This document shows positions 29,226 through 37,985 of a DNA stretch of 64,000 nucleotides, piece by piece. The position numbers and the translations under genes are program-made. How positions within the stretch are numbered: the stretch's first letter is position 1; each line of letters starts with the position of its first letter. The notes beneath the pieces are model-generated. The model saw only the letters and a list, made by a program, of their open reading frames with translations, ran no database searches and was not told where the DNA came from. Location: the NCBI GenBank assembly GCA_965227295.1, contig OZ245742.1, forward strand, positions 3,712,001 to 3,776,000. Direction: 5' to 3'. This DNA comes from Leptonemataceae bacterium (GTDB lineage Bacteria; Spirochaetota; Leptospiria; Leptospirales; Leptonemataceae).

Positions 29226-29689
29226 GTATCACGTTTCCGCTGAATTTCCTGAAGCACGGCCACGTCCCACTGGTCGATCTCGCGCGATGTGGACTTGCTG
29301 CGAATCAAAGAGGCGATTCCCATGTACGGAATCATTACACCGTCGACTTCCTTTACAGCGCGATCCGCAAGTGCTTCTTCGTAGGTGACGTCCCATGCGC
29401 TGATCGCAACATCCACTTCAATTTCATCTGCGATCTTCAGGACAATGTGCTCTACGATGTCCTGCGCCAGGATCGGCTCCGGCAATTCCGGGAAAAGCTT
29501 TTCGAGCGCGGCCACCGTGCGCTTTAGATTTTCCGGGGTGTTTCGAATGAGAATATCGTAATCGTTCGTGGCCCGGACGTGGCCCTGGAGAGCGCAGGCA
29601 TAGGCGCCGGTGAACATATACTCTACTTCGTGGCTATTGAAAACAGTGGCCACGTCCGAGAGTGTGCGCCACGGATCATTCGGCGCCAT
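29222..29689 (-). CDS. Nucleotidyltransferase (AbiEii/DUF6036-like Pol-beta fold)
   Basis: GAYACALQGHVRATNDYDILI motif; LIRSK...R.ID..D motif. Confidence 0.8.
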   Translation of the reverse strand: MAPNDPWRTLSDVATVFNSHEVEYMFTGAYACALQGHVRATNDYDILIRNTPENLKRTVAALEKLFPELPEPILAQDIVEHIVLKIADEIEVDVAISAWDVTYEEALADRAVKEVDGVMIPYMGIASLIRSKSTSREIDQWDVAVLQEIQRKRDT

Positions 29690-29695
29690 GACGCC

Positions 29696-29884
29696 TCACA
29701 ACTCCCGGGCCGCGCGGGTGCGGACGAATTCGTCGTGTTCTTCCCAGGTGCGGAACTTGTAGACTCCGCGCGGCTTTTTGTACGGGCGGAGCCGTTCCAT
29801 CTCGGCGACCAAACGATGCATGCGCCGGTAGTTTTCGATGACGTTGTTTGGATCGGGGGCGTTGGGACCTGTAATCCGCTTCAC
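29696..29884 (-). CDS. Small protein upstream of the nucleotidyltransferase (putative TA partner)
   Basis: 62 aa with PRGVYKFRTWEE; 6-bp gap to the NTase gene. Confidence 0.6.
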   Translation of the reverse strand: MKRITGPNAPDPNNVIENYRRMHRLVAEMERLRPYKKPRGVYKFRTWEEHDEFVRTRAAREL

Positions 29885-30442
29885 GCATCTATCAGATGCG
29901 CGGAAATTTCGGTGTCAAGCTGAATCGGCGGGGCCCGCGTGTTGCGGATTGACAGGATTTGTAGTGCCGGCACACTTTTCGGCAGGATTTCCCCGGAATG
30001 GATGACGCGATGTTTGATCTCACTGCGGTACTGGTAAGCAGCCTGGCTGCGCTGACTTGCTTCCGGGTTTTCCGCGTGATCCATCGGATCCGGCGCCTGG
30101 TTCCTGTGGCCGTGCGCTGGTTCCGGCCGTCTTCGCTCTACGCGCGTCGGCATCGCTAATCGACCTGGTTCATCTTCCTCGGACTATCGCTGGCGTTGGC
30201 CGCGGCGGTGTTTTTGGTCGGTCTCGCATTGGAATGGTTCGTCGGTGATCGTAAGATTGTCGAGCGGCACTTCTGGACCTTCCTGCTCGCCGTGAGCGCG
30301 ACGCCGATTGCCTGGTATGCCTGGTTTGTGCGGGACCGCAACCGCTCAGAAGAGCTGAAGAACGACAGGTTCAAGAACATTCGCGAGAGTTTCTACAAGC
30401 TTCAGGAATGGGCGGTCAGTGACAACGAGGGGCAGGTGACCA

Positions 30443-32426
30443 GTGCGCCGGGCAAAGCCCGATGTTTCTGATAAGGTGAAAGTCCATATGAAGTAAAGTT
30501 TAGCGAACAACTTCTACCGAGTGTTGCGTGGAAGCGGGTAACCGCCACACGAAGCGTACACAGGGAAGCATGCAGGCCGTAGGGGAGTCCACACTCCCGG
30601 AAGCTGTTGAGCCTCGTAAAATGCCATAGATGCAGACGGTGACATCATTGGTCAGATGGAAACCAGCACAAAGGAATCGTTTTAGCGAGATTCTGGAGGT
30701 CTGTCGGGGTCGCTTGAGCGCGGCATGTATGCAGAGAAACATCGTGGAACCCGGGAGACCCCGTTGGTTCCTTCGACGATAGCGAAGGTAATTCTGACCG
30801 AATGAACAAGGAAGAATGATGATCAACGGGGAGTCGGATCAGCCCATAGTACTCAGAGGGCGGGAGAGCCGTCCACAGAATCGAATGAAACTCGAATGGA
30901 GTTTCGACGGGTTCGGTCTTCGCGTGCGATGCGCGATGATCGGGGAAGGGGCTGACGAAAGTACGCAGCTCGCAGAGTCAACATCAGCCGGACGGCAGGA
31001 TCGGAACAACTGATGCAAACCTCACTACGGGCAATAGCAAATAAAGCGAGGAGGAGTAAGAAACATCTGTTTCGTAATCTGTATGGGATGCTCAACCAGA
31101 TGAATCTCGAAGATTCGTTCGCAGGAATGAATCGCCGGGCGGCTCCGGGCGTGGACCGTGAAACGTTTCGCGACTACGAAGCGAACCTTACGGAAAATGT
31201 CGGGGATCTGGTGGAACGCTTAAAACAGAAACGATACCGAACAAAACTGATTCGCAGGGTCTTTATCCCGAAAGCGGACGGAAAACAACGTCCGCTTGGA
31301 TTGCCGGCCCTCGAAGACAAACTGGTACAAACATGCGCGACGCGTATCCTTGAAGCGATCTATGAGCAAGACTTCCTGTCGTGTTCGTATGGTTATCGGC
31401 CGAACACCGGTCCGCGTGAGGCTTCGAAGACTCTGAGTTCAACTTTGAGTCCGGGGAAGCTCGGCTGGATTGTGGAAGCCGACATCAAGGGTTTCTTCGA
31501 CAACATTGACCATGATTGGTTGATGCGAATGCTGGAGCAACGAATCGATGATCGGGCCTTTCTCGGTCTGATTCGCAAGTGGCTGAAAGCAGGCGTGCTG
31601 GAGGTAAACGGTCAGGTCTCGCGCCCGACCGCTGGTACTCCTCAAGGCGGCGTGATCAGTCCGGTTCTGGCGAACGTCTATCTTCATTACGTACTGGACC
31701 TCTGGTTCGAGAAAGTGGTGAAGAAGCACTGCAAGAGACCGGCCTATATGTGTCGATACGCGGACGATTTTGTTTGCGCCTTTGAATCCAAAGACGATGC
31801 GCTGAAATTCTATGCGACGCTTGGAAAACGTTTGCGAAAGTTTGGTCTGGAACTGGCGCCGGAAAAGTCAGGAGTGAAAAGTTTCGAGCGCCCGGGCTTC
31901 CGCGCGAAGTTCAATACCGGGCGTGAGGCGTTCGTATTTCTAGGCTTTGAATACCGCTGGGCTCGTTCTCGAAAGGGGTTCTGGTGGGTTCCGCGTCGCA
32001 CCGCTCCAAAGCGATTGCATGCGTCGATCCAGAATGTGAAGCAGTGGATTAAAGCGAATCGGCATCTACCCATGCGCAGGTTCTTCAATCTTCTGAACTC
32101 CCGGCTGCGTGGATACTATAACTATTATGGCGTCCAATGCAACTACAAGAGTATACGAAGCTTCTACTATCAGGTGGAAATGAATCTGTACAAGTGGCTC
32201 AATCGGCGCAGTCAGCGCCGGAGTCTGGACTGGCAGGGGCTGAGGGATCTGATGGCGCACTACCGGATCGAAAAACCGCGCATCATGGAACGACCAGTAT
32301 CTCAGTTGCGACTTACTCTGAATTGACTTTATGTGGAAGCGAGTGCTTTCGAAGAGCCCGGTGCGAGAATACCGCACGCCGGGATCTGTGCGGGGGCGGC
32401 CGGGCAACCGGCCGTTCTACCGCGAC
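30443..32426 (+). mobile_element. Group II intron (IIB-like), 1984 nt
   Basis: 5' GTGCG at 30443; domain V GAGCCCGGTGCGAGAATACCGCACGCCGGGATC near 32354; domain VI with a bulged A, ending ...CGCGAC; EBS1 TGGTCA (30649-30654) complementary to IBS1 TGACCA (30437-30442). Confidence 0.92.
31013..32326 (+). CDS. ltrA: Group II intron reverse transcriptase/maturase (no HNH endonuclease)
   Basis: APGVD, IPKADGKQRPLG, SYGYRP, DIKGFFDNI, GTPQGGVISP and RYADDF motifs; X domain LRGYYNYY; the protein ends without an En domain. Confidence 0.96.
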   Translation: MQTSLRAIANKARRSKKHLFRNLYGMLNQMNLEDSFAGMNRRAAPGVDRETFRDYEANLTENVGDLVERLKQKRYRTKLIRRVFIPKADGKQRPLGLPALEDKLVQTCATRILEAIYEQDFLSCSYGYRPNTGPREASKTLSSTLSPGKLGWIVEADIKGFFDNIDHDWLMRMLEQRIDDRAFLGLIRKWLKAGVLEVNGQVSRPTAGTPQGGVISPVLANVYLHYVLDLWFEKVVKKHCKRPAYMCRYADDFVCAFESKDDALKFYATLGKRLRKFGLELAPEKSGVKSFERPGFRAKFNTGREAFVFLGFEYRWARSRKGFWWVPRRTAPKRLHASIQNVKQWIKANRHLPMRRFFNLLNSRLRGYYNYYGVQCNYKSIRSFYYQVEMNLYKWLNRRSQRRSLDWQGLRDLMAHYRIEKPRIMERPVSQLRLTLN

Positions 32427-32836
32427 CGGCGCTCTTTCAACTCCGCGACTACCTGGTGATGGATCGGGGGCTGATTCCGGAGGATCTGAAAGAATATCGC
32501 AGGCAGTTCGCGAAGATGGCGCGGGAGTTTTTTGCGGTGATTCTGAAAGATCGGGCGATTTATGATCGGAATTATCGTTTGTGGGAGGAGGCGAATGGGA
32601 TCGGGGTCGGGAAACGTGCGGGGAGCGGCGCGTCCGGGAACCCGGAAGGCAACGATCTTTCGATCGTCCACATGGATAAGATCAGCGAGGCGTCGGTTTC
32701 GCTTTCGCATGAGGATCATTATCTGCTCCAGGCGTTTCGCGGGCAGCGGCTGGTGGACGTGCCGAAGAGCGCGCCGTTTCGGGCGATGGAGCGCATTGTC
32801 CGGGAGAACGGCGTGGCGATCGGCGATTTGCGCGAG

Positions 32837-32876
32837 GCGGAGTTGCAGCACGCGGAGTTGCAGCACGCGGAGTTGC
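32837..32876 (+). repeat. 15-bp tandem repeat encoding pentapeptide units
   Basis: GCGGAGTTGCAGCAC twice, plus a partial third copy. Confidence 0.85.
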
Positions 32877-33001
32877 CGGAAGCGCGGCTGGGCGTTCGCG
32901 TAGCGACGCGGACGACACCCGCCCCGGCCGATACACGCAAAAATCATCGTCCCACAAAATATTGATTGACCATGCGTATTTTTTGATGCAATCATTCATG
33001 A

Positions 33002-35149
33002 ATGTTCCGGCAAGAAACACTTTTGATACTATGTTGTCTGTTCCTCCAGTTCTTCTTTATGAATTGCGGCGGGGTCGGTATTTTCGATCCTCTGGAAGCC
33101 CGTCCTGTGGGCGACCTCCATTCATCCACATCGAGGGACTTGAAGCCCGCGTCGCCTAAAGCCGTAAGTAAGGACAGGCTCACTGACGTCCCCTATTCGT
33201 CAGTGGTCCGAATGGAATTTGCTTTTGGAGCCGGAGAGTACAGTTGTTCCGGTACTTTGATCGAAGGTGCCGACGGAGATACCTATCTCCTGACAGCCAC
33301 TCACTGCCTTTTTGATCCCCATTCCAAGAACTGGCTGAATGAAGTGGTCATCTGTGTCGCCGCTTATAGCCGGACCGGGTGCAAAGGGGGGAGGTTCGTT
33401 CGGCCGATTGAGTACGTTTCTATTTTTACGAATGCTCAGCGTTCCGAAGATACCTATCCAGTGCCTCCAAACCACCGTCCCGAAATGGAAGTGTACGATC
33501 AGGCCATTGTTAAACTCAAGCAATCTCCGCAAGCCCGGGCACTGCGGCCTCTATTCGGGCTGAACCTGGACCAACCACAGATTCGAATGTTAGGTTATCC
33601 CGATGGCGATGATTTTCATGCCGGGACCATGTACGAGATTCAAACCAACCTGGTTTTTGCCATCGATGAAGAAAGGCAGGCGCTCCTCAGTCAACCCGCC
33701 TTCGCCGAGGGGGCGAGTGGCGGCCCCTGGATCTATCGTGATTCGAAGGGTGCTCATCGAGTGGTCGGGTTGCTCAGCAGCGGTATTCCCGGCGAAGGCG
33801 AGACCTACGAAATTTCCGGCATCTTCGGTGATAATCAAGAGCTTCTCTATGAATGCGCTACCGGAGGCCAGGGCGCGCCGTGTAAGCCGCAGCGCAGAGG
33901 CGATGGTAAGATTACACAGATGAACGATTACACGATCCAGGAGACCGGCTATTCTGTGGGAGGATCCATGATCTACCTCCAAAACGGCAGCATGGCTGTT
34001 CTTGCGGTGCGCCGGGCTCAACGGGCCTGCACGGGAAAATCCTACTCAGGATCCGGAGTCGAGCTTTCTTTTTTGCGCATCGACGATATGCCGGCGACAA
34101 TGCAGCGGCAATGCTTTGATCTCGGCAGGTGGTCCGGCCGGGATGCAAGCGATATGTTAGTCGCCAGGCTGGAAGCCGCGGACGCTTCGGAGAACTATTA
34201 CCTGATCACTGCCAACGGGACTAACGACAATCGAATCCGCCTGCACACCTTTGCCATACAGGATACGGGCCTGGTTCCTCTGGAAGAGAAGATCTGGGAT
34301 GCCGGTGAGATAGACAAGAACGTCCGTCTCCTGCAGACCGCGAACGGTTTCGCCTTCTTACGCCGCCGAAAAGGTAAGTTGTACCTGAAATCCTGGGATC
34401 TTTCATTGGAAGGGAAACTCAAGGAAGGAAAACCGAAAGCTCTCACAGGACCGAAAACAACAGCCTTCGACGCGATAGCTCTGACGGCTCCGGCACCGCC
34501 GGAAATCGGATCCTCTTTCATCAAACCTCAGGTCCTGGTGGCCGCCGTCATTGGTGGAAAGATAGAACTCTTGAGTTACTTGCTCCATGATGGGACCTGG
34601 GTCAATGGTCCTCAGTTGAAGACCGGCATTGTGGCGGAGGAGGCCCCACGGCTCGTGCAGATGGACAACGGTATGATCGCCCTCGGCTTCCTCGGGAAAG
34701 ACAGACAGGCTGCCTTTGAACTCCTTCGGGTTGACTATCGTACCTGGAATGCCGGGCACTATTTTCTCGAACGCGTCGAGGACAGTCGAACCAATGTCGT
34801 GCGTGGTTCCAAAGTGCTACAGGGGCCGGGTCTGGCGGACCTCGGCAACGGCATCCTCGGCGTTGCCGTGGCCTTGACAGACCGCACACTGCTGAACACG
34901 TTTGCCATACCTGCCCACTCGGTTCCGAGCCCTCGGAAATTAGGGGAGGCGAACATGCCGGCCTGGAACGAGTCGAACATTACGCCGCTGTACTTCGGTT
35001 CTCCTGCTCGCCCGGAGGCTACGACGATTGCTGTGGTCTATTTCGATAAGAGCAGCGGCTCCACCGACTTTCGCCTGCGTACCCTGTCGGTAGAGGGCGC
35101 GTCCGGTGTGCGTATGGATACCATCAGCTACCATTACATGTACCGCTGA
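33002..35149 (+). CDS. Trypsin-like (S1) serine protease lipoprotein with a large C-terminal beta-rich domain
   Basis: Lipoprotein-like signal (FFFMNC); CSGTLI, LTATHC, YDQAIVKL and GASGGPW motifs; lower GC than the backbone. Confidence 0.8.
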   Translation: MFRQETLLILCCLFLQFFFMNCGGVGIFDPLEARPVGDLHSSTSRDLKPASPKAVSKDRLTDVPYSSVVRMEFAFGAGEYSCSGTLIEGADGDTYLLTATHCLFDPHSKNWLNEVVICVAAYSRTGCKGGRFVRPIEYVSIFTNAQRSEDTYPVPPNHRPEMEVYDQAIVKLKQSPQARALRPLFGLNLDQPQIRMLGYPDGDDFHAGTMYEIQTNLVFAIDEERQALLSQPAFAEGASGGPWIYRDSKGAHRVVGLLSSGIPGEGETYEISGIFGDNQELLYECATGGQGAPCKPQRRGDGKITQMNDYTIQETGYSVGGSMIYLQNGSMAVLAVRRAQRACTGKSYSGSGVELSFLRIDDMPATMQRQCFDLGRWSGRDASDMLVARLEAADASENYYLITANGTNDNRIRLHTFAIQDTGLVPLEEKIWDAGEIDKNVRLLQTANGFAFLRRRKGKLYLKSWDLSLEGKLKEGKPKALTGPKTTAFDAIALTAPAPPEIGSSFIKPQVLVAAVIGGKIELLSYLLHDGTWVNGPQLKTGIVAEEAPRLVQMDNGMIALGFLGKDRQAAFELLRVDYRTWNAGHYFLERVEDSRTNVVRGSKVLQGPGLADLGNGILGVAVALTDRTLLNTFAIPAHSVPSPRKLGEANMPAWNESNITPLYFGSPARPEATTIAVVYFDKSSGSTDFRLRTLSVEGASGVRMDTISYHYMYR

Positions 35150-35289
35150 GGCGCGGCCCATCATCCAGCATGATTTTTCATCTTGCGCGCCGCGATCCAC
35201 CCTGATAATCTCGGCTGCACGGGAAATTCTGGACTCCCGCCGCGTTTCTGCCGATACTAAACGAAGCGGCAATTCGCCTGCATCCGCCT

Positions 35290-36306
35290 ATGCTCCAGTC
35301 GAAAAAACAGCAGCTCTCCGGTCGCCAGAAGGCGGCGATCTTCCTCGTGACCCTCGGTCCGGAGATCGCTTCCGAGATCTTCAAGCACCTGCGCGAGGAC
35401 GAGGTCGAGACGCTCACTTTCGAAATGGCGCGGATCGATAAGATCACGCCGGAGGACAAAGAGTCGGTCCTGGTTGAGTTCAACGAACTCATGATGGCCC
35501 AGGAGTTCATCACGACGGGCGGTATCGATTACGCCCGGGAAGTTCTGGAACGCGCCCTCGGTACTCAGAAGGCGATCGACATCATCAACCGCCTCACGTC
35601 GTCGCTCCAGGTCCGGCCGTTCGACTTCATTCGCCGCACGGACCCGCAGCATCTTTTGAACTTTATCCAGAACGAGCACCCGCAAACCATCGCTCTGATT
35701 CTCTGTTACCTCGAACCCCAGAAGGCCGCGCTCATTCTTTCGTCGTTGCCGCACCAGATCCAGGCCGACGTCGCCAAGCGCATCGCCACGATGGAACGCG
35801 TTTCGCCGGACGTTCTGCGCGAAGTCGAACGCGTTCTTGAACGCAAGCTCTCCACGCTCGCTTCGGAAGATTATACGACGGCGGGTGGTATCGACGCGGT
35901 GGTCGAGGTTCTGAACCTCGTAGACCGCGGCACGGAAAAGACCATCATCGAGGCGCTGGAAGAGGAAGACCCGGAACTCGCCGAAGAAATCAAAAAGAAG
36001 ATGTTTGTCTTCGAAGACATCGTCCTGCTCGACGACCGTGCCATTCAGCGGGTCCTCCGCGAGGTCGACAACCAGGAACTCGCGAAGGCCCTCAAGTCGG
36101 TCGACGCCGAGGTCCAGGAAAAGATCTTCAAGAACATGTCCAAACGCGCGGCCGCGTTGCTCCGCGAGGACATGGACTTCATGGGTCCGGTGCGTTTGAA
36201 AGACGTCGAGGACTGCCAGCAGAAGATTGTGAACATCATCCGCAAGCTGGAAGATGCCGGCGAGATCGTCGTCGCGCGTCACGGGGAAGAAGAGCTGGTG
36301 GTTTGA
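35290..36306 (+). CDS. fliG: Flagellar motor switch protein FliG
   Basis: GRQKAAI, GGIDYA, EHPQ, GGIDAV, MFVFED, NMSKRAA and GPVRLKDVE motifs. Confidence 0.98.
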   Translation: MLQSKKQQLSGRQKAAIFLVTLGPEIASEIFKHLREDEVETLTFEMARIDKITPEDKESVLVEFNELMMAQEFITTGGIDYAREVLERALGTQKAIDIINRLTSSLQVRPFDFIRRTDPQHLLNFIQNEHPQTIALILCYLEPQKAALILSSLPHQIQADVAKRIATMERVSPDVLREVERVLERKLSTLASEDYTTAGGIDAVVEVLNLVDRGTEKTIIEALEEEDPELAEEIKKKMFVFEDIVLLDDRAIQRVLREVDNQELAKALKSVDAEVQEKIFKNMSKRAAALLREDMDFMGPVRLKDVEDCQQKIVNIIRKLEDAGEIVVARHGEEELVV

Positions 36307-36337
36307 TTCGGCGTTTGCCCGGTCATTCGAAGCACAA

Positions 36338-36538
36338 ATGGCTACGATCGAAGAAATCAAGGAAGCCATAGCGGCGCTTCCGCAATCAGAACAGCAGCGT
36401 CTCCGCGATTGGTTCGTCGAGCGAGACAGTGAGTCCTGGGATCGCAAGATCGAAGATGATGCCGCGTCCGGCCGACTGGACGCTCTTGCGGACGCGGCAT
36501 TGCGCGATCACGAGACCGGACGTTCGACCAAACTGTGA
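36338..36538 (+). CDS. Small putative antitoxin (type usually upstream of a RelE/ParE-like toxin)
   Basis: MATIEEIKEAIAALP...WDRKIEDDAASGRLDALA..AL pattern. Confidence 0.65.
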   Translation: MATIEEIKEAIAALPQSEQQRLRDWFVERDSESWDRKIEDDAASGRLDALADAALRDHETGRSTKL

Positions 36539-36596
36539 GACAGTTCATATCTCGGGGTTAAGACGGGGCATTTGACGCAGAAGACTGCGGATCACC

Positions 36597-37679
36597 ATGT
36601 ACCGATACAACCCAGACAAAAACGAACTAACCGAAGTCGAAGCAACGACGTTCGCCGAGAACGGCCTGGTGGAACGAGGCCACATCGAAGAGTGGGTCCG
36701 CAAGAATCCGACGATACTTGACGAAAGCCTGCTCATCATCGCCCAGGAGTACGACGGCTTCGAGAAAGAAGGCCGCCTCGATCTCCTCGCCGTGCATTCA
36801 GAGGGCGATCTCGTCGTCATCGAACTCAAGCGGGACGCATCCGGCTCGCAGGTCGATTTCCAGGCGATGAAGTACTGCTCGTACTGTGCCACGCTGACGC
36901 CGAAGGATATCGTCGAGATCTATCAGGAGTACATCAAAAAATTCGACCTGAAACAGAACGCCCTCGAAACGCTGATGGCGCATGTCGAGGCGGAATCGGA
37001 GGAGAGCCTGAACGAAGTCCTGAATCGTTCGCAGAAAATCATCCTGGCCGGGCGACAGTTCGACGATCGCATCCTGTCGGTGGCCGCCTGGCTATGCCGG
37101 AACAATATCGATATCCGCTGCATCGAGATCCGGCCGTACAAACACGGCTCCGGCGACATACTCATCGATATCAATCAGCTTATCCCGACTCGCACGCTCG
37201 AAGACTTTGCCGTTCGCCGGGCGACGCCGTCCGGGCGGAGCGGGGATATCCAGCAGCCGCCGGAGATTCTTGCGTTCTTTCGTTCGATAGTGACGATGCT
37301 GCGGGATAAGGGCTACCGGGCGACGCCGTCGAATCGCAGACCGCAGTGTGCGGTGGCGTCCGGTGTGTCGGGCTCCATCCTGTTCAAGCTGTACTATCGC
37401 AAGCGGCGAAAGCTTTTCGAGTTCGAGGTCGAATGCAAGGACGGCAGCCTGAAAGAAAAACTCTTTGCGGCGTATGACAAACACAGCAAAGAGATTGCGG
37501 ATCTTACGGGCTTGCAGTTCGAGAAGAGCGACGGTCAGTTTAACGCAGGCTGGTCCAGGCTGACGGCCGCTCGTGATGCGGAAGAGCGGCGGACGCTGGA
37601 TGATCATCTGGAACCGATCGGTGCAAGCTTTCTCGCCATGGTGGAGAAGTTCCGGGAGATTTTTCAAGACGAGCTTTGA
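36597..37679 (+). CDS. NucS/DUF91-like PD-(D/E)xK endonuclease domain protein
   Basis: ERGHIEEW, IIAQE, RLDLLA...LVVIELKR and QAMKY motifs. Confidence 0.8.
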   Translation: MYRYNPDKNELTEVEATTFAENGLVERGHIEEWVRKNPTILDESLLIIAQEYDGFEKEGRLDLLAVHSEGDLVVIELKRDASGSQVDFQAMKYCSYCATLTPKDIVEIYQEYIKKFDLKQNALETLMAHVEAESEESLNEVLNRSQKIILAGRQFDDRILSVAAWLCRNNIDIRCIEIRPYKHGSGDILIDINQLIPTRTLEDFAVRRATPSGRSGDIQQPPEILAFFRSIVTMLRDKGYRATPSNRRPQCAVASGVSGSILFKLYYRKRRKLFEFEVECKDGSLKEKLFAAYDKHSKEIADLTGLQFEKSDGQFNAGWSRLTAARDAEERRTLDDHLEPIGASFLAMVEKFREIFQDEL

Positions 37680-37694
37680 ACTGGAAGGGCGCTC

Positions 37695-37964
37695 ATGACG
37701 TTCGTTCCCTTAACACAAGAAGAGGTCCAGAGTCTTGAGTCAGAAATCGACGACTATTTTCTTTTCCAGCCTATACTGAATGAACTCAATGCACCACTAC
37801 TAATCCACAGGATTGAAACGGGAATCTGGAATTCACGGCTTGAGTCTGTAGCTTTCGATACTGAGAATTTTGCCCGGGAACGCACGGCTACTGGAAAACT
37901 GATTCGGGCCTATGACTGGCTGCGCTTTTTCGATCCTCAGCGATACTCGTGTTTAATGCGATAG
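37695..37964 (+). CDS. Hypothetical protein (low GC)
   Basis: 89-aa ORF with a GGAAGG RBS-like sequence upstream. Confidence 0.45.
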   Translation: MTFVPLTQEEVQSLESEIDDYFLFQPILNELNAPLLIHRIETGIWNSRLESVAFDTENFARERTATGKLIRAYDWLRFFDPQRYSCLMR

Positions 37965-37985
37965 TTCCTATGAAATAAGTATGGC

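Larger units (their letters stand above)
29998..32965 (+). pseudogene. Membrane-anchored pentapeptide-repeat gene interrupted by a group II intron (exons ~29998-30442 and 32427-32965)
   Basis: Joining 30442 to 32427 gives the in-frame sequence ...WAVSDNEGQVTTALFQLRDYL...; C-terminal DLREA ELQHA ELQHA ELPEA repeats; in-frame TAA at 30157-30159. Confidence 0.7.

Noticed and set aside
30612..30617. CCTCGT as EBS2 pairing with ACGAGG (30425-30430)
   Set aside because: It lies in a motif I recall as generally conserved in these introns, and its distance from the splice site is atypical for IBS2, so the match is probably coincidental.
31013..32326. Reverse transcriptase as a retron, DGR or CRISPR-associated RT
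   Set aside because: It has a maturase X domain and lies within clear group II intron boundaries (GTGCG, domains V and VI); no TR/VR pair, msr/msd or cas genes were seen.
35250..35257. GCCGATAC as a sigma28 -10 box for fliG
   Set aside because: No matching -35 element (TAAA/TCAAG) at the expected spacing.
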